Assembly (NCBI RefSeq): GCF_030684315.1
Contig: NC_081369.1
Span: 2,656,689-2,720,688 of the forward strand
Origin: Stegostoma tigrinum
Taxonomy: Eukaryota
Direction of reading: 5' to 3'
Length of the DNA: 64,000 nt
A program made the position numbers and the translations under genes. The notes below the pieces were generated by a model, which saw only the letters and a list, made by a program, of their open reading frames with translations, searched no databases and was not told the DNA's origin. Of this stretch, positions 35,111 to 48,967 are shown in pieces (the first letter of the stretch is position 1; each line of letters begins with the position of its first letter).

Positions 35111-35234
35111 TGGCCCATTGTATGTAGCGGGAGCAAGCAGCCCGAGGTGGCCGGCGGTGAGAGCAGAGGAGGCAGCCCCGGGGGCCTGCGGCGAGTCCTG
35201 AGGTGGTGACAGCAGGAGCAGAAAGACTGAGGTG

Positions 35235-37014
35235 ATGATGGAAGAGGGGCAGGCAGTCAGCCATAATGCCCCATCCAAGGCCCGCTGCCTGGACCTGTTA
35301 ATGACGAGCTTGGCCAGGCCCAGGAGCAGACCCACGAGGGGATCGTCTGACCTGCCCTACCGCCTCCACACCGGGTGCCCAAAAATCAGGAGTGTGGGGC
35401 TGGAGTGCAGCCAGAAACAAAAAGGAGGGCTTGAAGATAACTGCAAAAGGAATGCAAACACCCGCACCCAATATCCACATGGTTGATGGGCTCCACAGTG
35501 CCACAAAACAGGCAGTTGGGCTGGGAGTCCGTGAACCATGGCAATCTGCAGTTCTTTGGGACTGCTGTGTGCAACACACTACACCACCACCCCTACCCGA
35601 TCCCCGAGGGAAAAGGGGAGGGCTCCCTCGTAAAGGGCCCTCCACTGGGAATCCCTGCTGCCCGGTGGTAAATGGGCACAGCAAGGTGTGCCCGGGCAGT
35701 GGGTGAAGGAGAAGAGGAAGATGGTGTACAGCATCAGCCTGTACAGGGCCCGGCGTTTTGCCCCTCTGCAATCCATACTTCCTGTGTTCTGGAGGCAGCT
35801 CAGTTTGTGGGGCAAAGGCTCCCAGGGGGAGGTACGGGATCCTAGGGCTGATGTGAAATTCTGTCTGGGCAAGGGTATGCGCAGACGCGATCCCACCACA
35901 CACTTAAGCATCCTCCAGCTGGTGCAAGAGGTCAGGTCCCAGCTCTGCTGTTTTAAGGCATTGGATGGCAGTGGCCATTAGCTGGACGTCTACTGCTGTC
36001 CTCAGTGCCAATCCCTGGGGCAGCATTCAGCCCAGACTCCTCACCACCTAGCACGTCCCCCGCATTGGCCACCCCCACAGCCATGGCCCTGTCCTCTGCC
36101 AGCCACTCGAACCTACGATCATAGAGGTGCGGTTTCCTGGGCAGTGGCTCTCTCAATGGCTGCCACTTCTGCCGGGGGCGAGGTGTAATTCGAGATCACC
36201 ATGTCCCAGACAGAGATCAGGTTCATGGTAAAAGACAGGCAGCGCCCTGAGGGTGGCCTGCAAACCCTCATGGGTGACAAACAGGAGCTGTGTGTCGTAG
36301 TTGAAGTTACAGACCTGGCAGGAAAAATACACCATGAAAGGGGCAGCACTGAGAGGGGTGGCACTCAATGTAAAGGAATTGCTTCAAGGTCTGAAGGTGG
36401 AAAGTCAACACCTGGGTGCGGATGCTCACCGGCAACGGACAACTCCTCCTCAATAGTGAGACTCAGAACCTGTGCCATGACCCAGTTTGCTTTTTGCCCC
36501 AGAAGAAGTGAATCAATGTTCTCTGGGTGTCAGCGACAAACCCAGGAGGAGGGTACATAGGGAGCAGCTGTTCCCACAACATGGAGGCCACCAGCTGGTT
36601 TATGAGCAGCGCTCGGCTCCTGTAAGACAGCACTCACAGCAGACCTGCCCAACGGCCTAGGCAAGCCAAGAGTTTGGCCTCCAGCTCCTGCCAATTCGAC
36701 CCTGGGCAGGATCCCTCAGCTGGGCTAAGGTAGAGCTTCAGCTGAGTACACCGCCTGGCACTCACACTTCCTCCCTGGGTCAGTCGGGTCACTGAAAGGG
36801 AGGAGCACGTTGTCGGTGTAAGCCGAAAGGACCATGCCTGTATCCTAACCACACAGAACCAGCCCCGACAACCTCCTCCACAAGAGGCACAGGAAAACCT
36901 CTACACAAATGCAATGTTTCTGTTGTTCATCCAGGGCTTCCTCATTGACTCAGGTTTACAACCTCAGTCAAGGTTCTCACAGTCAATAAGATTCACTTCG
37001 TTCCAATCACTACA
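35235..37014 (-). mobile_element. Tx1-clade non-LTR retrotransposon, deleted copy
   Basis: Same ORF2 C-terminal motifs as 8540-9438, plus upstream CQVCNFNYDTQLLF..LRALPVFYH and YLGVYLS-like sequence. Confidence 0.85.
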
Positions 37015-38039
37015 GAAACAATCGATGAATTCTCCAGGCCACCTCAACTCTGATTTTCCTCTCAATAGACACAGACCATGTTACCACCTGAATAAGACCC
37101 CTCCTTCATTCTTCCTGACCTGTCTTCCAGTTTTTTTTTTAGAAGAATTGCAACGGAACTAAACTCCAGATATTCGATCATGAGGAATTTATTTGATTCC
37201 TGCTTCCCTATTGTTCCTTATGTTTTGAGTTGAGTTCTGTGCCATGGAATGCTGTAAATTTCAAACTCGTTATGTTTGGAACTATCAAGGGATTGTTTTC
37301 TTATTTCTGCTATTTCTCATAATCAAGTTGCTTCTAAAGGTCAATATATGGAAACACAACATGTGTTCCTAGATGTATATTTTAGGACACTTGGCATAAG
37401 GTCATAATCACCTCATTCAACTGCCCCAACACTCAGATTGAGATTCATTATTGGATGAGCTAATATCACATTTCTTCAGTGAAAATTTTTAGTCTCCATC
37501 AATGATACCTTTTCATTATCACAGAAGTCATCTGTTTCCCTAGATGATGTTGCAGGGGTTGGAGAGTTTGAGCCATATGGAGACGTTGAATAGACTGGGG
37601 CTATTTGCTCTGCAGCGTCAGAGGCTTAGAGCTGATAGGGTAGGGTAGTCCAAAACTTGACAGCATAAGTTTAAGGTGAGAAGGAATCATTTAAAAGTGA
37701 CTTAAGGGAAAACATCTTCAAACGGACAGTGGTGTGTCGTTGGACTGAGGTGCTAGAAGAGGTAGTGGGGGACGGTACAATTACAAGATTTAAGAGGCAT
37801 CTGTATGGGTACATTAACAGGAAGGTTTAGAGGAATAGGTGTCAAATGCTTATACAAATGTGTCTTGTCAGGGTGCTTTGGAATGTCTGTGGTGATTTGG
37901 GGTGTTCAGTTGCTGGGTCAGAATTAAAACAGATTTTGATTCCCCCAACTGTTCTTGATTAAATAGTAAATAAGTAATTGGTGATTCTTTTCACCAAGAG
38001 GACAGACAGCCTGATGTAACATCGACATCAACAATGGAT

Positions 38040-38330
38040 GAGATTAGATTCAGCCCAACAAGCCCACACCGCCCATTGAAGCAGCCCACCCAGACCCATC
38101 CCACTATAATCCACACACCCCTGAAGACTACGGGCAATTTAGCATAGCCAATCCACCTAATCTGCACATCTTTGGACAGTGGGAGGAAACCGGAGCACCC
38201 GGAGGCAACCCACGCAGACACGGGGAGAACGTGCAAACTCCACACAGACAGTCACCCGAGGCTGGTATTGAACTTGGGTCCCTGGTGCTGTGAGGCTGCA
38301 GTGCTAACCACTGAGCCACAAGTGCCACCC
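38040..38330 (-). mobile_element. HE1-type V-SINE
   Basis: Reverse complement ggcacttgtggctcagtggttagcactgcagcctcacagcaccagggacccaagttcaatacc...gtttgcacgttctccccgtgtctgcgtggg. Confidence 0.9.
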
Positions 38331-38519
38331 CAATAAAGGGGATAATGGGGAAATTGCTTAGTATTTGGACAAATAAATTGTTTCCTACAGTTGTGCAAAT
38401 TAAATGACTCCATGTCAGATCACAGACTGGAATAAGGAGTCTTGAAGTGTTGATGTGACAGCACTGTTTACTTCCAAAGACATCCCCAGCTAAGGAAACA
38501 TGAGGCTCATTACTAAACA

Positions 38520-38908
38520 ACCAAGTAAAGCCGACCTGCTACAACACCAACACCATCTGCAAGGACAGCACTCTTAAAGTACCCGTTTCCATACACTCAG
38601 ACAAAGAAGGCCACCAATCCAACAGGGATAATGTAACTATCTGAGGACAAGCCAACCAAAGACACACACAGTATTTCCTAGAGGCCTGGAACTCCATCAA
38701 CAAACATGTGGACATAGACCCCATATCCCAACCACTCTGAGGGAGAACTGGAAATGAGGCCAACCACCTTACCAGACCAGACCCACAGAAATAACAAGCC
38801 GGACAGACCAACAATGCTTCATCAGAGATGCACGGATGGCATTACCTGGTATGGTGATGAATTGTCTGCAAACCAACCTACCAGCTCGACGAACAAGTCA
38901 ACAACCTC
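38520..38908 (+). mobile_element. Penelope-like element 3' end (third family)
   Basis: HSDKEGHQ.N.DNVTI...FLEAW..SINKHVDIDPI-like endonuclease C-terminus. Confidence 0.6.
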
Positions 38909-40609
38909 ATTTTATTTTATGTTGTGAAGCAGAGATTGATGAAAATCTAACATGACAACAATTTTAAGTTTGATCTTTGAATGACGAGAAGCAACATTTT
39001 AACAGTATTCCAGTTACTACCAAGAAGACCTCAGGGAGTCATTATCTGAGAGAGGCTCTCAACAGGTTGAGGAGAAGAAGGGAAAGTAGCTGGGGACTGC
39101 AGTACTGTAGAAAGCTACACCAGGACAAAAACTGCAATGTGATAAAAGGAAAATCAAGGAAACTTCAATTCTCTGTCAGAGCTTATACTGATTAGTCCAT
39201 TTAGGCAAGCAATCTCCAAGCACTGAACAACAGAACACAAACACATTTTCCAAATCTGACTTCACAACATAGAACCTTCATATCAGAAAGAGAAATCTTC
39301 AAACGACTGACGGGTATGTGGAGATAACAAATTGGCTCCATTCTTCTGGGGTGGTCGAGAGTAACAAATGCATCAGAGCTAAGTACCACAGGTGGGTAAT
39401 GAGTTATGGGGAAAGGTTGATGAGGAGCAGTGACAGGAGGTATATGGATGAGAGGGGAAGACGGGTTGGATGGGGTTAGATGTCTAGGTCTGTGGTGTGA
39501 GTGTTAGATATCTGTATGCAGTGCCAAGTTCCTTTGAGTGAGGATCACTTTCCCAGATCAGCCCAAGTTTAACAGATCTGGTAAGATGGAGCTGTCTATT
39601 GGGGTGGGATGAGGTCTGTTAAACAGGAATAAGAGTTTTCATTAGACAGGAGATACTGTAAGTTTTATTCTGATACTGTGTTTTCCCTTGTGACACACAG
39701 AAACAGGAGCAGAAGAAGGCCATTCAGCTCTTTGAGCCCGGTCGATTCTAAACAATGCTGGTTGATCATCGAATTCAGACCCCTGTTCATGCTTTCTTGC
39801 CATTTCTGATGATCCGTTAAGAATGATATCTGTATGTTTCATGAAAGTCTTCAATGTGTTAGCTTAAACAGTTTCCATGTAAATAACAAGTAACAAGTAA
39901 ATAACAAACAGTGATAACGCTCGAGAGCCTCAGCATGTTTGGCAGCACCTGTGCAAAAAAAGAATAAACATTTCCCATCCAGTACGAACCTTCTTCAGAG
40001 CTGCTAAGTTAGCCGGAACCCTCTGAAGGTGCCAGCTGAAATTCAGAGTGTGATCCATTTCAGTGGGCTCCAGGCACCAGGTGACTTTCCACCAGAAAAG
40101 AAAACTTCCCAGACACTTAACACAACATCAGTAGGTCCAGGCATCCCAGTTGTACCTCGTCTCCAAGTAGCTGGAGACTGGACAAACTCAGCTTCATGCA
40201 AATTCCCAATGATTGTTATTGTATTGGTGAATGAATATACGGAACTTGTGCTGTTTACATGATGTTTTTTTTTTCCTGTACTTTTTATTACAACATATTT
40301 CATTGAGCCTCAAACCAGACATTGAACAAAGGTGAATCTAATGCGAGAAATATTTCTCGGATACCTGAAAGCAACTTGTTTCTTCAAATATTCTCCACAT
40401 AATGAAAATTTACTCTATACTGAAAGCTACTTTACGCAATTCTAAATAGTTAACAAATACGCCATATGTTGACATGCACGCCCCAGTTAAAGTCACTCCA
40501 TCAAGGTGAACTGTCATCTGTGCTAACTAACAGCAGGTTTTTGCTGAGAAAATGCCCAACATGGAGCCATCTACATGTCGGGTTACTGAGCAATATGTAC
40601 CTTCAGCTG

Positions 40610-41810
40610 ATGCAATATTCCAAGTGAGGCTGCACTAGCATTTTGTACAGATGCAGCATGACATCACGGCTTCCGAACTAAATCCCTCTGCCACTAAAAC
40701 CTAACACACCGTATGTCTTCTTAACAGCATTATCAACCTGGGTGGCAACTTTCAGGGATCTATGCACATGGACACCGAGATCCCTCTGCACATCCACACT
40801 ACGAAGAATCTTTCCATTGGCCCAGTATTCTGCCTTCCTATTATTCTTCCAAAAGTGAATCACCTCACATTTATCCATATTAAACTCCATTTGCCACCTT
40901 TCAGCCCAATTCTGCAGTTTAGCCAAGGGTCCCTGCAATCTCCAACATTCTTCCACACTGTCCACCACTCCACCAACTTTAATGTAACCTGCAAGCTGAG
41001 TAACCCATCCACCTATGCCTGCGTCAAAGTCATTTATAAAAAAATGACAAACAGCAGTGGTCCCAATAGAGATCTTTGAGGCACACCGCTAGTAACGGAC
41101 TCCAGGTTGAATATTTTCCATCAACCACCACTCGTTGCCTTTTTACAGAAAGCCAGTTTCTAATCTAAACTGCTAAATCTCCCTCAATCTCATGCCTCCG
41201 CATTTTCACCAATAGCCTGCCATGTGGAACCTTATCAAAGGCTTTGCTGAAGTCCATGTACATCACATCGACTGCCCTACCCTCATCCACATGGTTGGTC
41301 AACTTCTCAAAAAACTCAATGACGTTTGTGAGACACGACCTGTCCTTGACGAATCCATGTTGGCTATCTCTAATCAAATTGTTGCTTGCTAGATGATTAT
41401 AAATCCTATCTCTTATAATCCTTTCCAAAACTTACCATCTAACATGCGTAAGGCTCACTGGTCTATAATTACCTAGGTCATCTCTACTGCCCGTCTTGAT
41501 CAAGGGCATGACATTTGCAATCCTCCAGTCCTCTGGTACTAAACCTGTAGACAATGATGACTCAAAGACCAAGGCCAAAGGGTCCACCTTCTCCTCCCTA
41601 GTTTTCCAGAGAATGCTCAGAAAAATCCCATCCGGCCCAGGGGATTTACTTACCTTCACAGCTTCTAGATTTGATAACACCTCCTCCTTACTGACCTCAA
41701 TCCTTTCAATTCTAATAGCCCTTAACTCAGTCTTCTCCTCGAAAAATATTTTCCTTTTCCTGAGTGAAAACAGACTAGAAATATTCGTTTAGCACGTCTC
41801 CGATCTCCAC
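40610..41810 (-). mobile_element. CR1 LINE RT fragment
   Basis: KSPGPDGI, GNYRPVSLT, SQHGFVKDRSCLTN, YMDFSKAFDKVPH, WQMEFNMDKCEVIH. Confidence 0.95.
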
Positions 41811-42077
41811 TGATGTCTAAAAAATACATTATGTCACTGTTCCATCGCTATGAGAATGAAATGCAATAACGATGAAATTTACAGTCTGCAACGTAAGTCA
41901 TATGACTAAACTTACATAGTGACACGTTGTCAGCTACCTAGCCAAAATCAAAAACAAAACAAAAGCTATGGACAGTGGCGCTTTTCATTGACATGCTTTA
42001 AAATGGTTCAAATAGGTCACGGGATGTCGCACAACACTAGGAACTGAGAAACAGTGTTAAAAGTTCACGTTTCATAC

Positions 42078-42340
42078 CATGAATCCTGTAACTGACACTG
42101 GTTGGGAGCTTGAGTGCGACATGGAAAATCTGGCACGTCTCAACCGATCCGCTCTCCATGTGGAAGCGTTAAACAAACTTTCCTCTTTCCAGGCGTTCGT
42201 TGTATTGATCTCAGATGTAATCAGGATATCATTTTTATACCAAACTACGTGAAATTCCCCTGAGAAAAAAGGAACTGTTGTGCTGAGGAGAGTGAGAGAC
42301 TGAACGGACAAATGTGCAATCTTCACTGGAGTTGGTGACA
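42078..42340 (-). pseudogene. IgSF receptor pseudogene C, C1-set exon
   Basis: VSPTPVKIAHLSVQSLTLLS(C lost)TTVPFFSGEFHVVWYKND...SLFNAS/GSVETCQIFHVALKLPTSVSYRIH; AG/GT intact, internal deletion and frameshift. Confidence 0.85.
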
Positions 42341-42479
42341 CTGTGAATATATTTATGTAAATATGTATTAAAACGCTATTAGTACATTTTCACAGCAAAA
42401 TAAGTGAAGGGATGAATGCCTCCTTTAAATAGAGATCAACTAATAACAGAACTACTCCTTTACTTCAGAAACCCCAGTG

Positions 42480-42830
42480 AGCACAATAAACTCACCAAGG
42501 CACATTAGACAGCAGCTTGCAAATCTAAACCCGTTTCCACCCAAAAAGACAAGGGCAGCACATAAATAGGAGCACCATCATCTTCACATTCTCCTCCAAG
42601 ACATTCGCCGTCCTGGCTTTGAAAATGTATCACGCTTCTCTCAGTGTCACTGGGTCAAAATCCTGCAATTCCCTCTCTAATGACATTGTGGGTCTGAGTG
42701 CACCAAGTGGAGTGCACAGCTCAAGAGGTCGGTTTCTCACCACTTTCTCAAGGGCAGCTATAGGGTATGAGTAATAAACGCTGGTTTAGTTAGCGACCAG
42801 CACGTTCCATGAATGAATAATAAAAAAAAT
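42480..42830 (+). mobile_element. CR1/L2-clade LINE tail
   Basis: Same tail family as 1600-1926. Confidence 0.65.
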
Positions 42831-43879
42831 GTCAGTTGAGCATGGGAATTATCCTTTCAATTGTCTTCAACAAACACGTGTTGATGGAAGCCACCATTAA
42901 TGGGCTGCAACCAATGAAAGGCTCAGTTAGGCGAAATGTGCCTGTTCGATGTTTTAAAACTCCCTGTGAGTCTTTCATTGTGATGGAAATATTCGGTTCT
43001 GTTTGTTCAATCATTAGAAATGTGTCGCTAGCACTTATTGCCTCTCCAATTCTACATTCATATAAACACCAACTTAGACCGGGTGATGGCACTGCAATGC
43101 ATAATTAATTTGGACAAACACTACAGCAGAATAAAAACATATTCTGTCTGGTTGGTACGAACATATCGAAAACAATGCCTTCCAGGACGAACCGAATCAA
43201 TATATTTCTGAGTTAAATGCAAATTGTGATCTTAGTTCGCACTTTGTGTAAACAAAATATTTGATGAAATTCAGCCAGTACAAATTTTAAAAAAGCGAGC
43301 AGGTCAATGATCAGAACAATAATTGACCCAATAATCTGTATTTTCGAAGATCTGTGGTCAACATTCCTGGTGTATGTAGTGAATTTCTATCTGAACTTTA
43401 GGCTGCTTTGAAAGAAAATATTTTGACTCTTCTCTCACCCTCTGACATCGCGGAGGTTTGATGTCTGGGTTCTTTTTGTGTTGCTTCATTTCCTTTGCAG
43501 CTGCATTTCAGTCAGTTGAGATTGAAAGGCACATTTTTAGTTGCATTTCAAGGCATTTTAGGCCAAACTCACACCATGTTCTGAGTTACTTCATCGTTTC
43601 TCTCAAGTTTTTTTTCCAAATTAGTCTTGACCATAGTGTTTGACCTTCTTTTGTAATGCTTGGCGAATCTATGGCGCAGTATTTTAACACAAAGAATTAA
43701 ACGCACATTTTTCCCAGCAGGTCTTTGAAAGAGATCGCATTGATTCTAACAAACTCAGTTTTGTGTTCTTTAATCGAAACTCTATCAGACAGACAAGTAG
43801 ACAGCTTGAGATGTCTTTTTTTGGTCATTCACGGGATGTGGGTGACGCTGACCAGGCCCAGCATTTATTCCCCGTGCTG

Positions 43880-44205
43880 CATCGGGAAAACAACCATCAT
43901 CAAAAAGCCCCTCCCACCCCGATTGTACTCTCTTCCACACTCTTCCTTCGGGCAGAAGATGTGAAAATTTTGCTACACAGATGATCAAATTCAAGAACAG
44001 GTTCTTTCCCGCTGCTATCAGGCTTTTGAATAGACCTCCTTAATGTTTATGCTGGTCACCCTCTGTACTTTCTGGGCAGCTGTAACACTGTATTCTGGGC
44101 TCTCCATACTCTTACCCTGATGCACCTGTACAGTGCGATATGCTTGTAAAACATGTAAAACAACACTTTTCACTGTACCTCGGTACACATGACAATAACA
44201 AAGCA
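43880..44205 (+). mobile_element. LINE 3' tail (Rex/Babar-like)
   Basis: IIK.P.HP..LF..LPSGRR...FKN.FFPAAIRLLN-like terminus. Confidence 0.55.
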
Positions 44206-47173
44206 AAATCTCCAATTGCCCAGATAGCAGTTAAGATTCAACCAATTTACAATGAGTCTGGAGTCTCAAGTAGGCCAAACCAGGAAAGGGAGGCAATTTC
44301 CTTCCGTCGGGGAATCAGATGGCCCTTTCCAGCAATGGGCAACTTTCACCATGGCAGGATTTAAACATGTGTCTCCAGATAATACTACTGGGCCATTGGC
44401 CATTAATGCATTTATTTGAAGTGTTTTCACAACTAATACATCAAACCATATTCCATTTCCAAAGTAAATCGTCCCCGTTGAAATTGGGTATTTTATATTT
44501 GGGAGTTAAACCTAATCTCTGATGTGCTCAATTTGTCAACTGCACCCCACAATCCCATCCCTAATTCCACCTGCTGACTGAAACCTGCTCTGTCAAAACC
44601 CATTCTCTATTGAAACTTTTCTTTGTTTCTGTATTCTCAATATACTTTATGTATGCATTTTGTTAAGCCTCATGCAATGACGCTACTCCAGTTCTATCAT
44701 TACCTAAAAGCATCTCCGTTAATGTCCCACTCAGTTGGGAATATTTGCCTTCTTCAGAACCTGCAGAAAGTGATTCCACATCCTTTCACGCTTGGTTCCT
44801 CTGGATGACCTTGTGTCATCAGGCTCTGGGGAAGGATCACTGGACGTGAAGGTTAACTCTGATTTCTCTTCACAGATGCTGCTAGACACGTTGAGCTTTT
44901 TCAGCGATTTCTGTTTTTGTGCGATTAACTCGTCTTTCATCCACTTCATCCCAGTTTCAAATCATATTTTTCTGTATGGCAATGGATTCACTCATCAGTC
45001 TCACTGATAAGATTTCATGGCACTCAGGCTGAATTAGAACAACAGATGTTGCGAAAATGTAAGTTCACAAATCGGCCTTGAAACATGGGAAGTAGGGCTG
45101 GTTTATTAAAAATTTTCCCCAACCAGCGCTTGAAAAGAAGCCACTTTATTTTAGATCTCACTGAATATTTACTGTAGTGCACAGGAAATGATGGAGTCTG
45201 GTACAATTACAACATTTAAAAGGCATTCGGATGGTACATGAATAAGAAGGATTTAGAGGGATACGGGCCAAGTGCTGGAAAATGGGACTAGATTTGTCTA
45301 GGATGTCTGGTTGACACAGTGGAGTCGGAGTGACGGGTGTGTTTCCGTGGTGTACATCTCTATATGAATACATTTCACCATGTCAATCTTGTTTATCACT
45401 ATTCCTAAATCCATGAGATACGAATGAAGATACCCATAAGCATAATTTTCCATCATTTTAAATAATGTCATTATGTATGCGCCATCCTACTGGAAGTGAC
45501 TTCAACCTATGCAATACGATCTCTTCATATGTTTCAGGAAGGTGTTAGCTTACAATGTGCAAATGACCATAGAGTCACAGAGTCATAGAGATGAACCGGA
45601 TGAAAACATGGGGAATTGCAGTTCACTATCTACTTTATCTATGCGTTTCATGATTATATATACCTCTGTAAGGTCACCTCTCTGCCTCCTATCCTCCAAG
45701 GGGAAAAGGCCATGAAACCAATGAGATATCCAGTGTAAACTCTATCAACATAGACATAATCCGCTTTCAGCAACTCTATACATTGTCTAAATCGCAATTT
45801 ATAACATTTTTTTGCCTAACGCTGTTTTAATTTCACTCAGTCCAGCGTATATATACCCATTTCCAATTTTGTGTTATAGTTACTGGCATGCTGTGGTAGA
45901 AGCCGAAGTTGCTGGAGAAATGTGGCGGAGTTGGCAAAATCTGTGGTCAGAAAGAAGAGTTAATGTTTAATGTCCGGAAACCCTCCTTCAGAACATTCCC
46001 TTCCTCATGCACACTGTATCTTGGTTGATTCCATCACTGCATCCTGACTGATTCCATCGACAATCAGAAAAAGACTCTGTGCTAAGGATGTGGTATTCTT
46101 TTCATGCGAATAACGAATGAAATGGGTCCAACTGAGGTTTCATTGAGACCTGAATACTTTATTTGCGAGGTGTCTTTTGAACTGAATGAGCATGAGTTCA
46201 ATCAAAGATAACAAGGTGTAGAGCTGGATGAACAGAGCAGGACAAACAGCATCAGAGGATCAGGAAGGCTGACGTTTCGGGCCAAGACATCAACATTTTT
46301 CATATTTGAAAAAAAACGAAAGAACAGTGGATGCCGGAAATCAGAAACTGAAAACGGAATTTAGAATTCTGAAGAAGGGTCACTGGCCCCGCAAGTTTAA
46401 CTCTGATTACTCTGCACAGATGTTGCCACACCGGTCGAGTCTTTCTAGTATTTTGCCTTTTCCTGTGTTTGAATTTGTGAGTCAGTTAAACGGAAATGTG
46501 TGGCTAGAAACTTCATGGATTCTGCAACAAACGACTCAGTAGTTTACACATTGCAGACAACAAGCAAATATTACAATTCTAATTGTTTATACACAATACT
46601 GCAACAATATTCCACAACAGTCTAAATAAACTCCACCGATAACGTTACATACAGGACAGTAAATGTTGGAACTGGAGGGACACTCTGCTTGCAGTAAGCG
46701 TCATCTACAAAATGCACTGTTACTTGACAAAGCTTCTTAAAGAATGTACCTCAAATCCATGGGCATCCACCCTTCTTCCTCTTCACATGATCAGATTGTT
46801 CCAAATTATTGTGCGAGAGCACCACGTTATTATTTTAATAATCGCAAGTGAAGCGATTAACGATAACTTCACTGAAACACATCATGAGGGAAATTGTGAT
46901 ATATATGCAATAGAAATAAGCATTGGTGTTGGCCCAAGGATGCTCACATTATTTTAACACTTTTAAACAATAGATGATATTTAAATAGGTTGTGCTAGAT
47001 TCGAGAACATTGATGAACAGAAATCACCTTTTATGAAACACACTACACTGTGATTCACTACACATAGCAGAGCAGCGTAAAAGATCTCAATAACGGACAC
47101 AAGTGTCTGTTATTATATTCTTTCATGGCTGTTGAATTTTGCACAGGCCCATTTATAGCTCAGGGGCACTTAC

Positions 47174-47493
47174 CGTGCACGATAAGACTCGACACAGTTC
47201 CATTGAAAATCTTCCTGCCCCGACCCTAATGCTGCAATAATAGATTCCGGAGTCCTGGAAATCTAGATTCAGCAGTTGGAACTTGTTAGATCCATGCTTG
47301 AATGGGAACATGAGTTTCCTTCGGTCTGCCGTCAGGTTTAAAGTTTTGTCCTGGTCGCCACTCCGCCACTAAACGTCCACCAATGGGTTCTGATCGAATA
47401 GCGGAATGGAACAATAGATGGACACATTTGTTCCTTCCAATGCAGTTTGGCTTGCGGGGAACTGAGTCACAGAGAACGTGGTTTCATTGGTAG
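47174..47493 (-). pseudogene. IgSF receptor pseudogene C, V-set exon
   Basis: ATNETTFSVTQFPASQTALEGTNVSIYCSIPLFDQNPLVDV*WRSGDQDKTLNLTADRRKLMFPFKHGSNKFQLLNLDFQDSGIYYCSIRV/GRKIFNGTVSSLIVH; ctgacag| and |gtaagt; one stop and one frameshift (320 nt). Confidence 0.92.
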
Positions 47494-47692
47494 CTGTCAG
47501 AAACAATAAAATAAACATAGACATATATAAGCGTGGATTCGAAGCAGAAATTTCTACACAGTTTTTCCTCACTTTGTTTTTATCCGACAGGTTTTGGTTT
47601 TTTATACCTGTGTAAATAATGCCCAAGGCTGATAGGTACCATGCTCTTTCACGTACAGACATTTTGACCAACGTTGATAAAATCAAACTCTC

Positions 47693-47745
47693 TCTGCAAG
47701 TCACTGCAATAAGTCCTAAAAGTGCAGTGCGGATGGAAGTACTTG
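47693..47745 (-). pseudogene. Possible decayed leader exon of pseudogene C
   Basis: IRTALLGLIAVTCR ends ~200 bp before the V exon, the same spacing as in pseudogene B; no ATG or GT donor retained. Confidence 0.3.
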
Positions 47746-48785
47746 AAGATAATATGGTATTGAGGGTGTCGCAATAAATCTTAGCAAATGTAACTGTATC
47801 TCCAACATCAGGCCTCTGGTTTCTGTTTGACGTCAGAGTTGACCGCACATTGTGGAACTTGAAACTTTTCCTTTCTCATCGATCTTTAACACAACATATA
47901 TTTTTGCATCCACTGAACATTTCCGATTTGCTGCAGCTCTTAATGAATTGTCAAGTTGAGCAGCTTGTGCTCAAATATCCATGGCAGTGTGATGAAACAG
48001 TCAGCCCTCAATTCACTGTTTTCACTGCACCTCCGGGATTTTGGATGGGCGTGTGCTGTGGAAACTCAACTGTGCGTCTCGATAGCATTGTGACTTTAAA
48101 AAAAACAGTGGTGATTTGGTCAGAGATAATGGGAACTGCAAATGCTGGAAAATCCAAGATAATAAAGTGTGAAGCTGGATGAACACAGCAGGCCAAGCAG
48201 CATCTCAGGAGCAAAAAGCTGGCGTTTCGGGCCTAGACCCTTCATCAGAGAGACCTGAAAGTCCGCAGCACTGTGACTGTCCTTCAGCTAACACGGCGCT
48301 CTGTAGTTGATAGGTCCGCTTGATTCTAACCAAATTCTTGGAAATTATGGAATTGAAAATCATCCCAAATTAAACAAAACTTTGATCAAACATCTGTGTC
48401 AACACAATAACTTTTCGGATGATCGATTCTTCTAACTGCCCAACACATGTTCACAGCGTATACTGCTGCTGGTGATCGTGCAATGATTGTGCAGTTATTG
48501 CTCTTTTTATGCTGCCAATCTATTTCCTGTTCTTTACTGAGTCAGAGTACTGCTGCTAGCAAGGTGCAGTTACCGACACGGATCTGATATATATGCTTGT
48601 GTCTGGATGAGACAAGTGCTCGTGATGGAAAATTTACCATTCATTTTTGCTGTCTTCTATTGCTTTTGTTGATTCTTCCGAGGAGATTTTGTTTCCTGTT
48701 GACTTAGCACTTCTGTTGCCTGTAAATTCATCACTTTTAACTTTGTGATGGTGATCTCAACGAGTGTTTCGTGCTGTTGGTGACC

Positions 48786-48796
48786 GTGTGTGTGTG

Positions 48797-48831
<35 letters not shown>

Positions 48832-48848
48832 CTGTGTGTGTGTGTGTG
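48786..48848. repeat. (TG)n microsatellite
   Basis: About 30 interrupted TG units. Confidence 0.95.
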
Positions 48849-48967
48849 TTCTTTTAGTGGAAACTCGATGTTGCTGGTCATAGCTCAGAGTTTCTGCTGG
48901 GATTACACTCATGCTGCAGGTAATCGTGCTACTCAATGCTGCTGAGGACTGCAAGTCATAAGTGTGA

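Larger units (their letters stand above)
35245..40610 (+). repeat. Segmental duplication copy 2 (paralogous to ~8830-14855)
   Basis: Colinear with copy 1, sharing the Tx1 end, unique spacer, CR1 fragment and the block at 39.2-40.6 kb. Confidence 0.8.

Noticed and set aside
47369-47848. 159-aa ORF as an intronless gene
   Set aside because: Intron and decayed leader reading into the first third of V pseudo-exon C, ending at its premature stop
48657-48954. His/Thr-rich ORFs
   Set aside because: Translation of the (TG)n microsatellite
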